Shown here: one piece after another, positions 1-11,567 of the stretch | Position numbering within the stretch: the stretch's first letter is position 1 | Layout: the number at the start of each line of letters is the position of its first letter | Assembly (NCBI RefSeq): GCF_001457595.1 | Contig: NZ_LN831039.1 | Location: 2,820,001 to 2,852,000, forward strand | Length of the DNA: 32,000 nt | Reading direction: 5' to 3' | From: Mycolicibacterium smegmatis | GTDB taxonomy: Bacteria; Actinomycetota; Actinomycetes; Mycobacteriales; Mycobacteriaceae | Made by a program: the position numbers and the translations under genes | Notes under the pieces: generated by a model | What the model saw: the letters and a program-made list of their open reading frames with translations, nothing else | Databases searched by the model: none | What the model was told of the DNA's origin: nothing

Positions 1-407
1 CGGATCGGCGACGGTGGTGCGCACCCGCCGGCGCTTGCACGCACCCCGCCAACCCATCTCCCGCATGACCCGTTCCACGACACAGCGCGATACGTCGATA
101 CCATTGGTGCGCAATACAATCCATGTCTTACGAGCGCCCAGGACTCGGTACAGACTCTGCGATTGGCGAAGCTGCCAGATCGCATCGATCACCTGCGCAT
201 CGGCCCAGTCGGCTTTCGAGGGGCCCTGACGGGCGCGGTGGGCGTAATACGTCGACGGGGCGATCGTGACGCCGTACTCGGAAAGCACAGCGCACATCGA
301 CTCGACACCCCACTTGAGACCATCAACGCCCACCCGCATGTGCTGGTGGGCGCTGATGAACTCCACGACTACTGAGAGGGCCGGTCGAGCTCGGCGGCGA
401 AGAAAAC
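1..407 (-). CDS. IS3 transposase OrfB (integrase part), 5' portion only, reached by -1 frameshift from orfA
   Basis: The frame is open from about 407 to position 1, in -1 register relative to orfA. It has the HTH_21-like motif LGARKTWIVLRTNGIDVSRCVVERVMREMGW. A possible slippery run GTTTTC (minus strand, 402-407) lies 30 nt before the orfA stop. The DDE domain lies outside the window. Confidence 0.7.
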
Positions 408-695
408 CGAGGCCGCCTTCAAGATCGCGTTGGCCCGCTTGAGTTCGGCATTCTCCCGGCGCAGCTTGCGCAGGACCTCGGATTCCTCGCTGGTCTGCCC
501 CGCCCGAGAGCCGGCGTCGATCTCAGCCTGGCGGACCCATTTGCGCACCGTTTCGGCAGTACCGACGCCCAGCAGGTCAGCAACCCGGCCCATCGCCTCC
601 CACTCCGAAACTGTCTCGCTGCGCAGATCGGCCACCATCTGCACCGCCCGCACCTTCAGCTCGTCTGGATACCGCCTCGATGACTTCGATCCCAC
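369..695 (-). CDS. IS3 transposase OrfA (HTH DNA-binding subunit)
   Basis: 108 aa: [21 protein letters not shown]...[12 protein letters not shown]...[30 protein letters not shown]. This has the classic IS3 OrfA helix-turn-helix plus a coiled-coil tail. Confidence 0.88.
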   Translation of the reverse strand: MGSKSSRRYPDELKVRAVQMVADLRSETVSEWEAMGRVADLLGVGTAETVRKWVRQAEIDAGSRAGQTSEESEVLRKLRRENAELKRANAILKAASVFFAAELDRPSQ

Positions 696-746
696 GTGCC
701 CATCCTTCCCAACGGAAGAACTCTCCAGACACGCCGGGGCGGATCA

Positions 747-1963
747 CGAACGAGCAGCACCATCAAACTGGCGACAAGGTTGGTCACGGGACGACGCACG
801 ATGCGAATGCCGGATCTGCGCCAGAACCGCGCGGTGATCTCGCGTCGTGGTGAGACCCAGCCACGACGTCCGGCCAGCACGATGATGGCGGGCAGCAAGG
901 TCACCGCGGCCAGGAACGCCACCCCGATGGCGATCGCCAACGCGGGGCCGATGGTCGCGAACAACTCCAAGCTCGCGAACGTCATCCCGAGAAACGTGAC
1001 GCCCACCGTCGCTGCAGATGCCGCGATGACCTTGCCGATCGAACTCAACGCGCTCTTGACCGCTTGATCCGAATCCGCGCCGAGCCGAAGGAAATCGTGG
1101 TAGCGGCTGATGAGAAAGACGGCGTAATCGGTCCCCGCGCCGGCCATCAACCCGCTGAGCAGCGTGATGGTCTGATTGGACACACCCAGACCCAATTGGG
1201 CGGCGCCGGCAACAGCGGCCTGCGCGACCCCCAGGGAGACACCGATCATCAGCACCGGCAGCAGGATCGTCGCGGGTTTCCGGTAGACGATCACCAGGAT
1301 GGTGAGCAGCAGAGCGACGATCGCGATTTCGATCTTGATCTGATCCCGCAGACCGACCTCGATGGAATCGGCGAGGGTGGCTGCCGGTCCGGTCAGGTGC
1401 GCGGTCAGCGTCGATCCCGCGACCGCGTGATCGACGATGTCGGCCACCCGCGTGTAGGCGGCATAGGACTCGGGCGAACCCACGTCACCTGAGAGGCCGA
1501 TCGGCAGCAGCCACGCCTTGCGGTCCTGGCTGCTGAGAGTCTCGCGCAGCTGCGGTGTTCCGAGGAACTCCTGCAACCACAGGACGTCCCGGCCGTCCTG
1601 GCGGAGTCGTCCGACCACCGTGCGGTAGACCTGCTCGTCGTCCGGTCCGAGTCCGTGCTCGTCGGTGAGGAGAACCAGCAGCACGTTCTCGGACCCGGCT
1701 TCGTGAAAGGCCGCGGTCATCTGTTGCGTCGCAACCATCGACGGGGCGCTGGCCGGGATCGGCGCGACGGGATGTTTCTGGGTCGCCTCCGCCAGGGTGG
1801 GGAACATGGGTGGCAGCGCCACCGCGAGCGCGATCCAGCAGCCGATGACGAGCCACGGCCACCGAACGACGACATCCCCGAGCCATCCGAAGACACCACC
1901 GGTTCCGGAGGGTTTCGTCGTGTGCGTCCGGGGTGACCCTGATGCCTCTGTCGGCCGGCGCAT
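747..1963 (-). pseudogene. mmpL (RND-type MmpL transporter) truncated by the IS3 insertion; only about the first 405 codons remain
   Basis: The translation has an MmpL N-terminus ([22 protein letters not shown]), a periplasmic domain, then TM2-6 ([31 protein letters not shown]..., [14 protein letters not shown]). After ...[16 protein letters not shown] the frame runs into IS sequence and gives a nonsense 30-aa tail. Full-length MmpL proteins are about 950 aa. Confidence 0.78.
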
Positions 1964-2394
1964 CGGTGGTCCAGACCGTGCTCAGGTCGCAGTGGGATGC
2001 GACAGTATCGGTACACCGCTGCCGATGACTCGAGGATCGGGGAAGAACCGGGAAAGCAACTCGATCATCGAGATCTCCTTGTCCACTTTTGATGAGACGA
2101 GAAGCTCGGATGAAACCGGTTGACGTGCTCGCGTGCGGTCAGCCTAACGCCGGGTGGCCTGCGGGATCGACGTATTCACACATTTGCCAGGGTGGCCGCG
2201 CGCACTGGCGATGCGCCGTGAGATCCATGCCGCGACCGCCTTGCCGAACATGCTGTGCAGGAACAGGATCGGAGGGCTGCCCGAGGTGCTCACGGGCTCA
2301 GTATGTGGGCCGTGGGGAAGGAAATCGGTTACCTGTGAGGTAATGCGCGCACCCGATCGCCGAACTTGTCGGTGGGGTAGGGAACGATGGCAGA

Positions 2395-3591
2395 GTGGCT
2401 ACCCTCACCGTGGCGCAGGCCCGCCGCATCGCTGTCGCAGCCCAGGGGTTTCACGAGCCCAGGCCCCGTGGGTCGGTCACCCGCGCTCACGTGCGCCGGC
2501 TGATCAACCGCATCCAGGTGCTGCAACTCGACTCGGTGTCCGTGGCGGTGCGGGCGCACTACGCACCGGTGTTCAGCCGGCTCGGGCCGTACGACCGTGA
2601 CGTGCTCGACCGTGCGGCCTGGTCGCACACTGCGCGGTCGCCGAGGCTGCTCGTCGAATACTGGGCGCACGAGGCCGCGCTCATGGCCGTCGAGGACTGG
2701 CCGCTGCTGCGCTGGCGGATGCGTGAGTACACCCACGGGCGGTGGGGCCGCGAGATCGTGAAGAAGAACCCCAGGCTCGCCGACGACATCGTCTCCGCGG
2801 TCGCCGAACTCGGGCCTGCCACGGCCGGGCAGATCGAGGCACATCTGGAGGCCGAACCCCGCGGCCGCAAAGGCCCGTGGTGGGATCGCAGCGACACCAA
2901 GTGGGTGGCCGAGGCACTGTTCGCGGCCGGGATCCTGACGACCGCGACGCGCGTGGGGTTCGCCCGCCATTACGACCTCGCCGAGAACGTGCTGCCGCCT
3001 GAGGTGCTCGCGCGCGAGGTCGGCGACGAGGAAGCCGTGCGCGAACTCGCCCTGCGCGCGGCCACCGCGCTGGGCGTCGGGACCGAGGCCGACATCCGCG
3101 ACTACTTCCGCATGAACGCCAAGCAGGTCAAGCCCGCGATCGCCAAACTCGTGGCCGACGGTGAACTCGAACCCGTCGACATCGACGGCACACCGGCGTA
3201 TCTGCGCACGGGACAGATCATTCCGCGCCGCGACCGCGGCACCGCGCTGCTGTGCCCGTTCGACCCGTTGATCTTCTTCCGGCCCCGCGTGCAGCGGCTG
3301 TTCGACTTCCATTACCGCATCGAGATCTACGTGCCTGCGCCACAACGCCAATTCGGCTACTACGTATGGCCTTTCCTGCTCGACGGCCGGCTCGTCGGCC
3401 GCGTCGACCTCAAACGCACCGACGCCGCGCTGCAGGTGCTCGGCGCGTTCAGCGAGGACGGTCAGGACCGCGCACACGTCGCGCAGGCCCTGGCGGGGGA
3501 GTTGCGGTCGATGGCAGGCTGGCTCGGTGTCCCCGCGGTCGAGGTGGGTGACCGCGGGGATCTGGCGCCGGTGTTGCGCAAGGTCGTCTGA
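2395..3591 (+). CDS. Winged-helix DNA-binding protein of the YcaQ/AlkZ (HTH_42) family, putative interstrand-crosslink DNA glycosylase
   Basis: 398 aa with a GTG start. Family-typical strings are QARRIAVAAQGF, LQLDSVSVAVRAHY, EYWAHEAAL, GPWWDRSDTKW and FDFHYRIEIYVPAPQRQFGYYVWPFL. Confidence 0.8.
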   Translation: MATLTVAQARRIAVAAQGFHEPRPRGSVTRAHVRRLINRIQVLQLDSVSVAVRAHYAPVFSRLGPYDRDVLDRAAWSHTARSPRLLVEYWAHEAALMAVEDWPLLRWRMREYTHGRWGREIVKKNPRLADDIVSAVAELGPATAGQIEAHLEAEPRGRKGPWWDRSDTKWVAEALFAAGILTTATRVGFARHYDLAENVLPPEVLAREVGDEEAVRELALRAATALGVGTEADIRDYFRMNAKQVKPAIAKLVADGELEPVDIDGTPAYLRTGQIIPRRDRGTALLCPFDPLIFFRPRVQRLFDFHYRIEIYVPAPQRQFGYYVWPFLLDGRLVGRVDLKRTDAALQVLGAFSEDGQDRAHVAQALAGELRSMAGWLGVPAVEVGDRGDLAPVLRKVV

Positions 3592-3635
3592 GGCCCCCGC
3601 GGTCAGCGCCGGCACCGCACCGAGATCTCGGGCGG

Positions 3636-5042
3636 CTACGCGGCCTCGGTGAGCGTCGGCACGCCTCGGCCGCGAACCTTGTTGACACCGAACACGATCG
3701 CGCCGATCACGAGCCACGAGATGCCGCCGATCTTGGCCAGCGAGTCGGCGTTGATCAGCACGTATCCGATGATCAGGAAACCGATGGTCGGCACCACACC
3801 GTGCAGCAGGTAGTTCGTGGACTTGTTGCGCACCAGGTAGAACCAGATCACCGAGGCGTGCAGCAGGCAGAAGCCGAACAGCGCACCGAAGTTCACCAGC
3901 GACGAGATCAGGCCGATCTGGCCGACGAAGAACAGCACCAGCACCAGGCTGAGTGCGCTCACCACGAGCAGCGCCGCGACGGGAACCTTGCGTGAGCTGA
4001 TCTTCGACAGGAAGGCAGGCAACTGGCGGTCGCGGCTCATCGAGAACAGCAGGCGGCTGGTGGCGGCCTGGGCGGCCATCGCGTTGGCGAAGCCGACGGC
4101 GAGCACGTTGACGACGAAGAACGCATTCATCCAGCCGGTGCTCGACGCGGCCTGCACGAGTGTGAAGAAGGCGTTGCCCGCCTCGTCGTCACTGAACGCC
4201 TCGCGCCCACCGGCGAGCAGGCTCGCCAGCCAGGTCTGGGTGATGAACAGGAACGCCACGATGAACAGCGAGACGATCATGGCCCGGCCCGCCGGGTTCT
4301 TCTTGCCGGTCGATTCCTCGGCGAGCGTCGAAATGCCGTCGAAGCCAAGGAAACTCAGCACCGCGATGGACAGCGCAGCGGCGAGCAGCGGCGCGGTGAC
4401 CAGTTCGGTGTTCCAGATCGGCAGCGTGCTCCACCTGACATCGGGCAGCGACTGGCCGTTGATCGCGCGCACCGCGATGATGATGAACAGCACGACGAAC
4501 ACCAGCTCGACCGCCAAAAACAGCCGGTTGACGATCTTGAGCGAGCTGACGCCGAGCAGGTTGATCACGGTGTTGACCGCGACGAACACCACGGCCCACA
4601 CCCAGCGCGGGGTGCCCGGGAAGAGGCCGACCATCGACTCGGCCGCGAACACGTACAGCAGCGTGGGGATCAACAGGTAATCCAGCAGCATCGCCCACCC
4701 GGCGAAGAACCCGAGACCTGGGTGGATGCCGCGGCCCACGTAGGCGAACACCGAACCTGCGAGGGGAAACGACTTCGCCATCTGTGCGTAGGCCAGTGCC
4801 GTGAACACCATCGCGATCAGGCCGATGAGGTAGACCAGCGGCACCATGCCCGACGCGCTGTTGTACACCGTGCCGAAGATCGTCCACGGTGCGATGGGCA
4901 CCATGAACACCAGGCCGTAGACGATGAGGTCCACCGTCGAGATCTGGCGGCTGAGTTCCTGTTTGTAACCGAAGGATTCGAGGGTCCGCTGACCCTCACC
5001 GGTGGTGACCGGGCCTGAAGCGGAGCCGGTTTCGATTGCCAT
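3636..5042 (-). CDS. APC-superfamily amino acid/polyamine permease
   Basis: About 12 TM segments with a PuuP/YeeF-like sequence. The track ORF (to 5225) overlaps the upstream gene. The ATG at 5042 (MAIETGSASG...) lies 30 nt after the pip stop and gives 468 aa. Confidence 0.86.
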   Translation of the reverse strand: MAIETGSASGPVTTGEGQRTLESFGYKQELSRQISTVDLIVYGLVFMVPIAPWTIFGTVYNSASGMVPLVYLIGLIAMVFTALAYAQMAKSFPLAGSVFAYVGRGIHPGLGFFAGWAMLLDYLLIPTLLYVFAAESMVGLFPGTPRWVWAVVFVAVNTVINLLGVSSLKIVNRLFLAVELVFVVLFIIIAVRAINGQSLPDVRWSTLPIWNTELVTAPLLAAALSIAVLSFLGFDGISTLAEESTGKKNPAGRAMIVSLFIVAFLFITQTWLASLLAGGREAFSDDEAGNAFFTLVQAASSTGWMNAFFVVNVLAVGFANAMAAQAATSRLLFSMSRDRQLPAFLSKISSRKVPVAALLVVSALSLVLVLFFVGQIGLISSLVNFGALFGFCLLHASVIWFYLVRNKSTNYLLHGVVPTIGFLIIGYVLINADSLAKIGGISWLVIGAIVFGVNKVRGRGVPTLTEAA

Positions 5043-5071
5043 GTTGGTCCTGTCGAGATGTTTGAACGGAA

Positions 5072-6001
5072 TCAGACCCGGGCGTCGGCGGCCAGATCGT
5101 GTTGATGGAGGAACTGCGCGACGACGGCGCGGAATTCCTCGGGCTTCTCCAGATGCGTGCAATGGCTGGTGCCGGGGAACACGTGGCTGCGCACGTCGGG
5201 GATGTGGTCGACGAACGGCTGCCACGTCTTGGGCGTCGCCTCGTCGTGTTCACCCGCGATCACGAGGACCGGCGCGGTGACGTTGGGCAGCCGGTCGATG
5301 ACGCTCCAGTCGCCGAGGGTGCCGACGACGTGAAACTCGTTGGGGCCGTTCATGGTGTGGTACACCGTCGGCTCGGCTTCCATCTGGGCGACGCTGTCGG
5401 CGAAGTCCTGTGGCGTCGGCACGACGCGGCACACGTGGCGTCGGTAGAACTCGGCCGCGGCCTGCAGATAGTCAGGGTGGGTGATGGTGCCTGCGGCCTC
5501 GTGGCGATCGAGCGCGGCACGCGTCTCGGCGGGTAACTGTGCCCGCAGGTCGCCGGCGGCCTCCGACCACAACCTCATCGACGCCGGCGAGTTGCAGATG
5601 GCGAGCGAGACGAGACCGGACGGTTGGCGCACCGCGATTTCGGCGCCCAGCATGCCGCCCCACGACTGCCCGAGCACGTGGTAGCGCTCGATGCCCAGCG
5701 CGGTGCGCACGGCGTGAAACTCGTCGACGAACAGTTGCGGTGTCCAGAAGTCCGCGGGTGCGTCGGGAAGGTGCGTGCTGTTCCCGCAGCCCACCTGGTC
5801 GTAGTGGATGACGGTGCGGCCGGTCTCGTCGGCGAGGGCGGCGATGTTGGCGACGTAGTTGTGGGCCATGCCGGGCCCGCCGTGCAGGACGATCAGGGGA
5901 AGCGCGTGGGGCTGGGCATTCTCCGGCGTCGTGACCTGGACCCAGGTCTCGTGATCGCCGAATGGCACGGTGCGGGACGAAACAGGCATGCGGGACAGCA
6001 T
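5072..6001 (-). CDS. pip: Proline iminopeptidase-family alpha/beta hydrolase
   Basis: 309 aa. It has the HGGPG oxyanion motif (LIVLHGGPGMAH), the nucleophile elbow GQSWGG, and a C-terminal GTSHC. Confidence 0.85.
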   Translation of the reverse strand: MLSRMPVSSRTVPFGDHETWVQVTTPENAQPHALPLIVLHGGPGMAHNYVANIAALADETGRTVIHYDQVGCGNSTHLPDAPADFWTPQLFVDEFHAVRTALGIERYHVLGQSWGGMLGAEIAVRQPSGLVSLAICNSPASMRLWSEAAGDLRAQLPAETRAALDRHEAAGTITHPDYLQAAAEFYRRHVCRVVPTPQDFADSVAQMEAEPTVYHTMNGPNEFHVVGTLGDWSVIDRLPNVTAPVLVIAGEHDEATPKTWQPFVDHIPDVRSHVFPGTSHCTHLEKPEEFRAVVAQFLHQHDLAADARV

Positions 6002-6007
6002 GAACTT

Positions 6008-6034
6008 TTAATGGTCTCGTGGCAAGACCATTAA
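6008..6034. promoter_or_regulatory. Candidate GntR/FadR-type operator: perfect inverted repeat TTAATGGTCT-N7-AGACCATTAA
   Basis: 10-bp perfect arms (6008-6017 / 6025-6034) lie inside an AT-rich 61-bp divergent intergenic region between pip and the GntR gene. The arms contain the t.GT...AC.a core typical of FadR-subfamily operators. Confidence 0.5.
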
Positions 6035-6062
6035 TCAGCTTTTAACAGTAGGCGTCGATACT

Positions 6063-6860
6063 GTGAGAACCATGGGAGGCCACCAGACGCAGATCACACA
6101 GCTCGCCGGCGCGACGCCGGGATTGCTGGCCCGCGAACTGGAGACGCCTTCACGCGTCGACGAGATCACCGATCGCCTGGTCACGGCCATCGCGATCGGG
6201 GAGTACCTGCCCGGCGCGCGGTTGCCGTCCGAGCGTGAGCTCGCGTCCTCGCTGCGGGTGGGCCGCATGACCGTGCGTGCGGCGCTCGCGCGGCTGGTCG
6301 ACCTGGGGCTCGTGGAGACCAAGAGTGCGGGTCGCGGCGGCGGGACATACGTGCTGCAGCAGTGGCCGGAATCGTCCACCGAGGCGGTGGGCCGCACGCT
6401 GACCATGCGCGTCGACGAACTGCGCGACCGCTGCGACGCGATCTGCCGCATCCACGGCGCGGTGTGCCGCGCGGCCGCCGAAACGGCCTCCGAGCAGGAT
6501 GTCGGGCTGCTACGGGAGAGGCTGGAGGCGTACCGGGCGGCGCCGAGCGGCCTTCAGGCGCAGCAGGCCGACAGCGCGCTGCACCTGGCGATCATGGACG
6601 CGTCCGGCAACGCGGTGCTCAAACAGGTGCTGCTCGATCTGGAGGCCTCGGTGAGCATCGGAGCACCCGCACACCTGTGGGGCGAGCCCGGCACCATGCG
6701 CGATATGGAACTGCGCGCGCTGCGTGAGCACGAACAGCTCATCGACGCGATCGCCCGCGGCGACGGCGACGAGGCCGACGATCTGGCACGCGCGCACGTC
6801 GCGATCGACTTCGAGCTCATCTCCGCGGCCATGCGTCGCGCCGGTGTGCTCGCCGAATGA
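6063..6860 (+). CDS. GntR-family (FadR/FCD subfamily) transcriptional regulator
   Basis: The N-terminal winged HTH reads RLPSERELASSLRVGRMTVRAALARLVDLGLVETKSAGRGGGTYV. The C-terminal part is an all-helical FCD-like domain. It is divergent from pip-permease. Start is GTG 6063 or ATG 6072. Confidence 0.86.
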   Translation: MRTMGGHQTQITQLAGATPGLLARELETPSRVDEITDRLVTAIAIGEYLPGARLPSERELASSLRVGRMTVRAALARLVDLGLVETKSAGRGGGTYVLQQWPESSTEAVGRTLTMRVDELRDRCDAICRIHGAVCRAAAETASEQDVGLLRERLEAYRAAPSGLQAQQADSALHLAIMDASGNAVLKQVLLDLEASVSIGAPAHLWGEPGTMRDMELRALREHEQLIDAIARGDGDEADDLARAHVAIDFELISAAMRRAGVLAE

Positions 6861-6890
6861 GCCGTCGAAGCACCCCACTAAGGTGATCCC

Positions 6891-8571
<1,681 letters not shown>

Positions 8572-8578
8572 GGGATTC

Positions 8579-10255
8579 ATGAGCGCCGAACTCGCGCCGC
8601 CACCACCGCTCGCTCCGGGCGGACTGCGTGTCACCGCCCTGGGCGGTATCAGTGAGATCGGCCGCAACATGACGGTTTTCGAGCATCTCGGCCGGTTGCT
8701 CATCGTCGACTGCGGCGTGTTGTTCCCGGGACATGACGAGCCCGGCGTCGACCTGATCCTGCCCGATCTGCGTCACATCGAGGACCGGCTCGACGAGATC
8801 GAGGCGCTCGTGGTCACCCACGCGCACGAGGACCACATCGGCGCGATCCCGTTCCTGCTCAAGCTGCGGCCCGACATCCCGGTCGTCGGCTCGAAGTTCA
8901 CGATCGCCCTGGTGCGCGAGAAGTGCCGCGAACACCGCCTCAAACCGAAGTTCGTCGAGGTCGCCGAGCGGCAGAGCAGCCAACACGGCGTCTTCGAGTG
9001 CGAGTACTTCGCGGTGAACCACTCGATCCCCGGTTGCCTCGCGGTCGCGATCCACACCGGCGCGGGCACCGTGCTGCACACGGGCGACATCAAGCTCGAC
9101 CAGTTGCCGCTCGACGGGCGCCCCACCGACCTGCCGGGCATGTCGCGCCTCGGCGACGCCGGCGTCGACCTGTTCCTGTGCGATTCCACCAACTCCGAGC
9201 ACCCGGGTGTCAGCCCGTCGGAGAGCGAGGTGGGGCCGACGCTGCACCGGCTGATCCGCGGTGCCGAGGGCCGCGTGATCGTGGCGTGCTTCGCGTCGAA
9301 CGTCGACCGCGTGCAGCAGATCATCGACGCCGCGGTGGCCCTCGGCCGCCGCGTGTCGTTCGTCGGGCGGTCGATGGTGCGCAACATGGGGATCGCGCGT
9401 GAGCTGGGCTACCTGAAGGTCGACGACTCCGACATCCTCGACATCGCCGCGGCCGAGATGATGCCCCCGGACCGGGTTGTGTTGATCACCACGGGAACCC
9501 AGGGCGAGCCCATGGCCGCGTTGTCGCGCATGTCGCGCGGCGAGCACCGCAGCATCACGCTGACCTCCGGTGACCTGATCATCCTGTCCTCGTCGCTGAT
9601 CCCGGGCAACGAGGAAGCGGTGTACGGCGTGATCGACTCGCTTTCCAAGATCGGCGCGCGAGTGGTCACCAATGCCCAAGCGCGCGTGCATGTTTCGGGT
9701 CACGCCTACGCCGGCGAGCTGTTGTTCCTCTACAACGGCGTGCGTCCGCGCAACGTCATGCCCGTGCACGGCACATGGCGGCACCTGCGGGCCAACGCCG
9801 CACTGGCCGCCAGTACCGGCGTGCCGCCCGAGAACATCGTGCTGGCCGAGAACGGCGTGAGCGTCGACCTCGTCGCGGGCAGGGCGTCGATCTCCGGAGC
9901 GGTGACGGTCGGCAAGATGTTCGTCGACGGGCTCATCACGGGCGACGTCGGCGACGCGACACTGGGCGAACGTCTCATCCTCTCATCGGGTTTCGTGTCC
10001 ATCACGGTCGTCGTGCACCGCGGCACGGGCCGCCCGGCCGGCCCGGCGCACCTGATCTCGCGCGGATTCTCCGAGGATCCCAAGGCGCTGGAACCGGTGG
10101 CGCAGAAGGTTGAGCGCGAACTCGAGGCTCTGGCCGCCGACAACGTGACCGATCCGACGCGCATCGCGCAGGCGGTCCGCCGCACGGTCGGCAAGTGGGT
10201 GGGCGAGACCTACCGCAGGCAGCCGATGATCGTCCCGACCGTCATAGAGATCTGA
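8579..10255 (+). CDS. rnj: Ribonuclease J (metallo-beta-lactamase / beta-CASP)
   Basis: Has the HAHEDHIG motif and beta-CASP and C-terminal domains. The ATG at 8579 (MSAELAPP...) lies 8 nt after the dapA stop, so the track ORF start at 8477 overlaps dapA and is rejected. Confidence 0.95.
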   Translation: MSAELAPPPPLAPGGLRVTALGGISEIGRNMTVFEHLGRLLIVDCGVLFPGHDEPGVDLILPDLRHIEDRLDEIEALVVTHAHEDHIGAIPFLLKLRPDIPVVGSKFTIALVREKCREHRLKPKFVEVAERQSSQHGVFECEYFAVNHSIPGCLAVAIHTGAGTVLHTGDIKLDQLPLDGRPTDLPGMSRLGDAGVDLFLCDSTNSEHPGVSPSESEVGPTLHRLIRGAEGRVIVACFASNVDRVQQIIDAAVALGRRVSFVGRSMVRNMGIARELGYLKVDDSDILDIAAAEMMPPDRVVLITTGTQGEPMAALSRMSRGEHRSITLTSGDLIILSSSLIPGNEEAVYGVIDSLSKIGARVVTNAQARVHVSGHAYAGELLFLYNGVRPRNVMPVHGTWRHLRANAALAASTGVPPENIVLAENGVSVDLVAGRASISGAVTVGKMFVDGLITGDVGDATLGERLILSSGFVSITVVVHRGTGRPAGPAHLISRGFSEDPKALEPVAQKVERELEALAADNVTDPTRIAQAVRRTVGKWVGETYRRQPMIVPTVIEI

Positions 10256-10266
10256 GCGATCTGAGC

Positions 10267-10704
10267 TCAACCCGCCAGCAGCAGGATCCCGCCGGTGAAC
10301 AGGCCCGCGAGCTTGAGCACCTCCAACGCGACATACGCGTAGTGCGCCTGCGACCGCGGCAGGTTCTCGGCGTCGGGCCCCGCGGCGAGCACGGCGTCGG
10401 AGCGGCGCGTGAGCCGGGGGCGCACAGCGATCACTTGCGCCGCGAGCGCCACCACGGCGACCGCGACCGCCACGAGCACCGCGGTCTGCGGCGGATCGCT
10501 CAGCAGCACGACGAGGACCACGGCGGCGAAGACCACCTCGACCGTGTTGAGCGCGCGGAACACGAGTCGCCCGATACCCAGACCGATCGGCAGCGTGACG
10601 TTCGGCGCGCGGAACTTCAGTGGGGCTTCGAGGAACGAGATCGCCAGCACCATGCCGATCCAGCAGAAGATGACGGCGACCCCGATCGCAGACGCGATGC
10701 TCAT
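10267..10704 (-). CDS. Small integral membrane protein (4 predicted TM), function unknown; positional equivalent of Rv2751
   Basis: 145 aa and very hydrophobic. It is the last gene of the ABM-SDR-membrane operon, with a 13-nt gap to the SDR stop. Confidence 0.7.
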   Translation of the reverse strand: MSIASAIGVAVIFCWIGMVLAISFLEAPLKFRAPNVTLPIGLGIGRLVFRALNTVEVVFAAVVLVVLLSDPPQTAVLVAVAVAVVALAAQVIAVRPRLTRRSDAVLAAGPDAENLPRSQAHYAYVALEVLKLAGLFTGGILLLAG

Positions 10705-10717
10705 GCGGCCTCCTGGT

Positions 10718-11545
10718 TCACCGCTTGTTGACGATGCCCGCGTCCACCGGCAGCGTCACACCGGTGACGTAGCGAGCCTGGTCCGACACCAGCCACGCCA
10801 CCGCGTTGGCCACGTCGTCGGCGTCGATCGCCTGCACCGGCAGCGCGTTGCCCATGTCGACGGGGCGCCCGGTCTCCTCGGTGATGTGTGCGAGCCATCC
10901 GCGGGTGAACTCGTTGTCGATCATCGGGGTGTCCACGCCGGTGGGGTGGACCGAGTTCACCCGGATGCTGTGCGGGGCGAGGTGGTTGGCGTATGCGCGC
11001 ATGAGGCCGACTATGCCGTGCTTGGCGGCGGTGTAGCCGAGGGATCCGCGGTCGCCGCCACCGATGCCGACGAGCCCGGCCACCGAACTGATCAGGACGA
11101 TCGCGCCGCCGTCGCCCTGCTCGACCAGGGTCGGGATGGCGACCTCCACGGTGTGGTGCACACCGGTGAGGTTGACGTCGATGACGTCGCGCCAGCCTTC
11201 CGGCCCGGACAGCATCGGGGCGATGCCCGCGTTGGCGACGACGATGTCGAGCCTGCCGAACTCGTCGAGGCCGGCCGCAAGTGCCGCGGCGAGTTCGGGT
11301 TCGTCGCGCACGTCGGCCTGCCGGGTGACGACGCGTCCGCCGGCCTTTTCGACGAGTTCGGCCGTGGTGGCCAGGTCGTCGGGTGTGGCCAGCGGATAGG
11401 GGACCGACGCGATCTGGGCGCACAGGTCGACCGCGATGATGTCGGCGCCGTCAGCGGCGAGGCGGACCGCTTCGGCACGGCCTTGGCCGCGTGCGGCGCC
11501 CGTGATGAAGGCGACCTTGCCGGACAGTGGGGCGGTATCGCTCAT
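10718..11545 (-). CDS. Short-chain dehydrogenase/reductase, carveol-dehydrogenase-like (mycofactocin-coupled SDR subfamily pattern)
   Basis: The N-terminal motif [34 protein letters not shown] and the YTAAKHG catalytic motif are present. It is the positional equivalent of Rv2750. Confidence 0.9.
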   Translation of the reverse strand: MSDTAPLSGKVAFITGAARGQGRAEAVRLAADGADIIAVDLCAQIASVPYPLATPDDLATTAELVEKAGGRVVTRQADVRDEPELAAALAAGLDEFGRLDIVVANAGIAPMLSGPEGWRDVIDVNLTGVHHTVEVAIPTLVEQGDGGAIVLISSVAGLVGIGGGDRGSLGYTAAKHGIVGLMRAYANHLAPHSIRVNSVHPTGVDTPMIDNEFTRGWLAHITEETGRPVDMGNALPVQAIDADDVANAVAWLVSDQARYVTGVTLPVDAGIVNKR

Positions 11546-11567
11546 ATGTGGGTCCTGACGGAAGTGG

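Larger units (their letters stand above)
1..746 (-). mobile_element. IS3-family insertion sequence, partial (continues past the left window edge); terminus near 746
   Basis: The minus strand shows the two-ORF IS3 layout. orfA lies at 369-695. An overlapping -1 frame stays open to position 1 and translates as [111 protein letters not shown]..., a typical IS3 OrfB N-terminus. The element end is placed where the MmpL frame loses sense. On the minus strand the element begins TGATCC (741-746), the usual TG start of IS3 ends. It resembles IS1137 of M. smegmatis from memory only. Confidence 0.8.
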
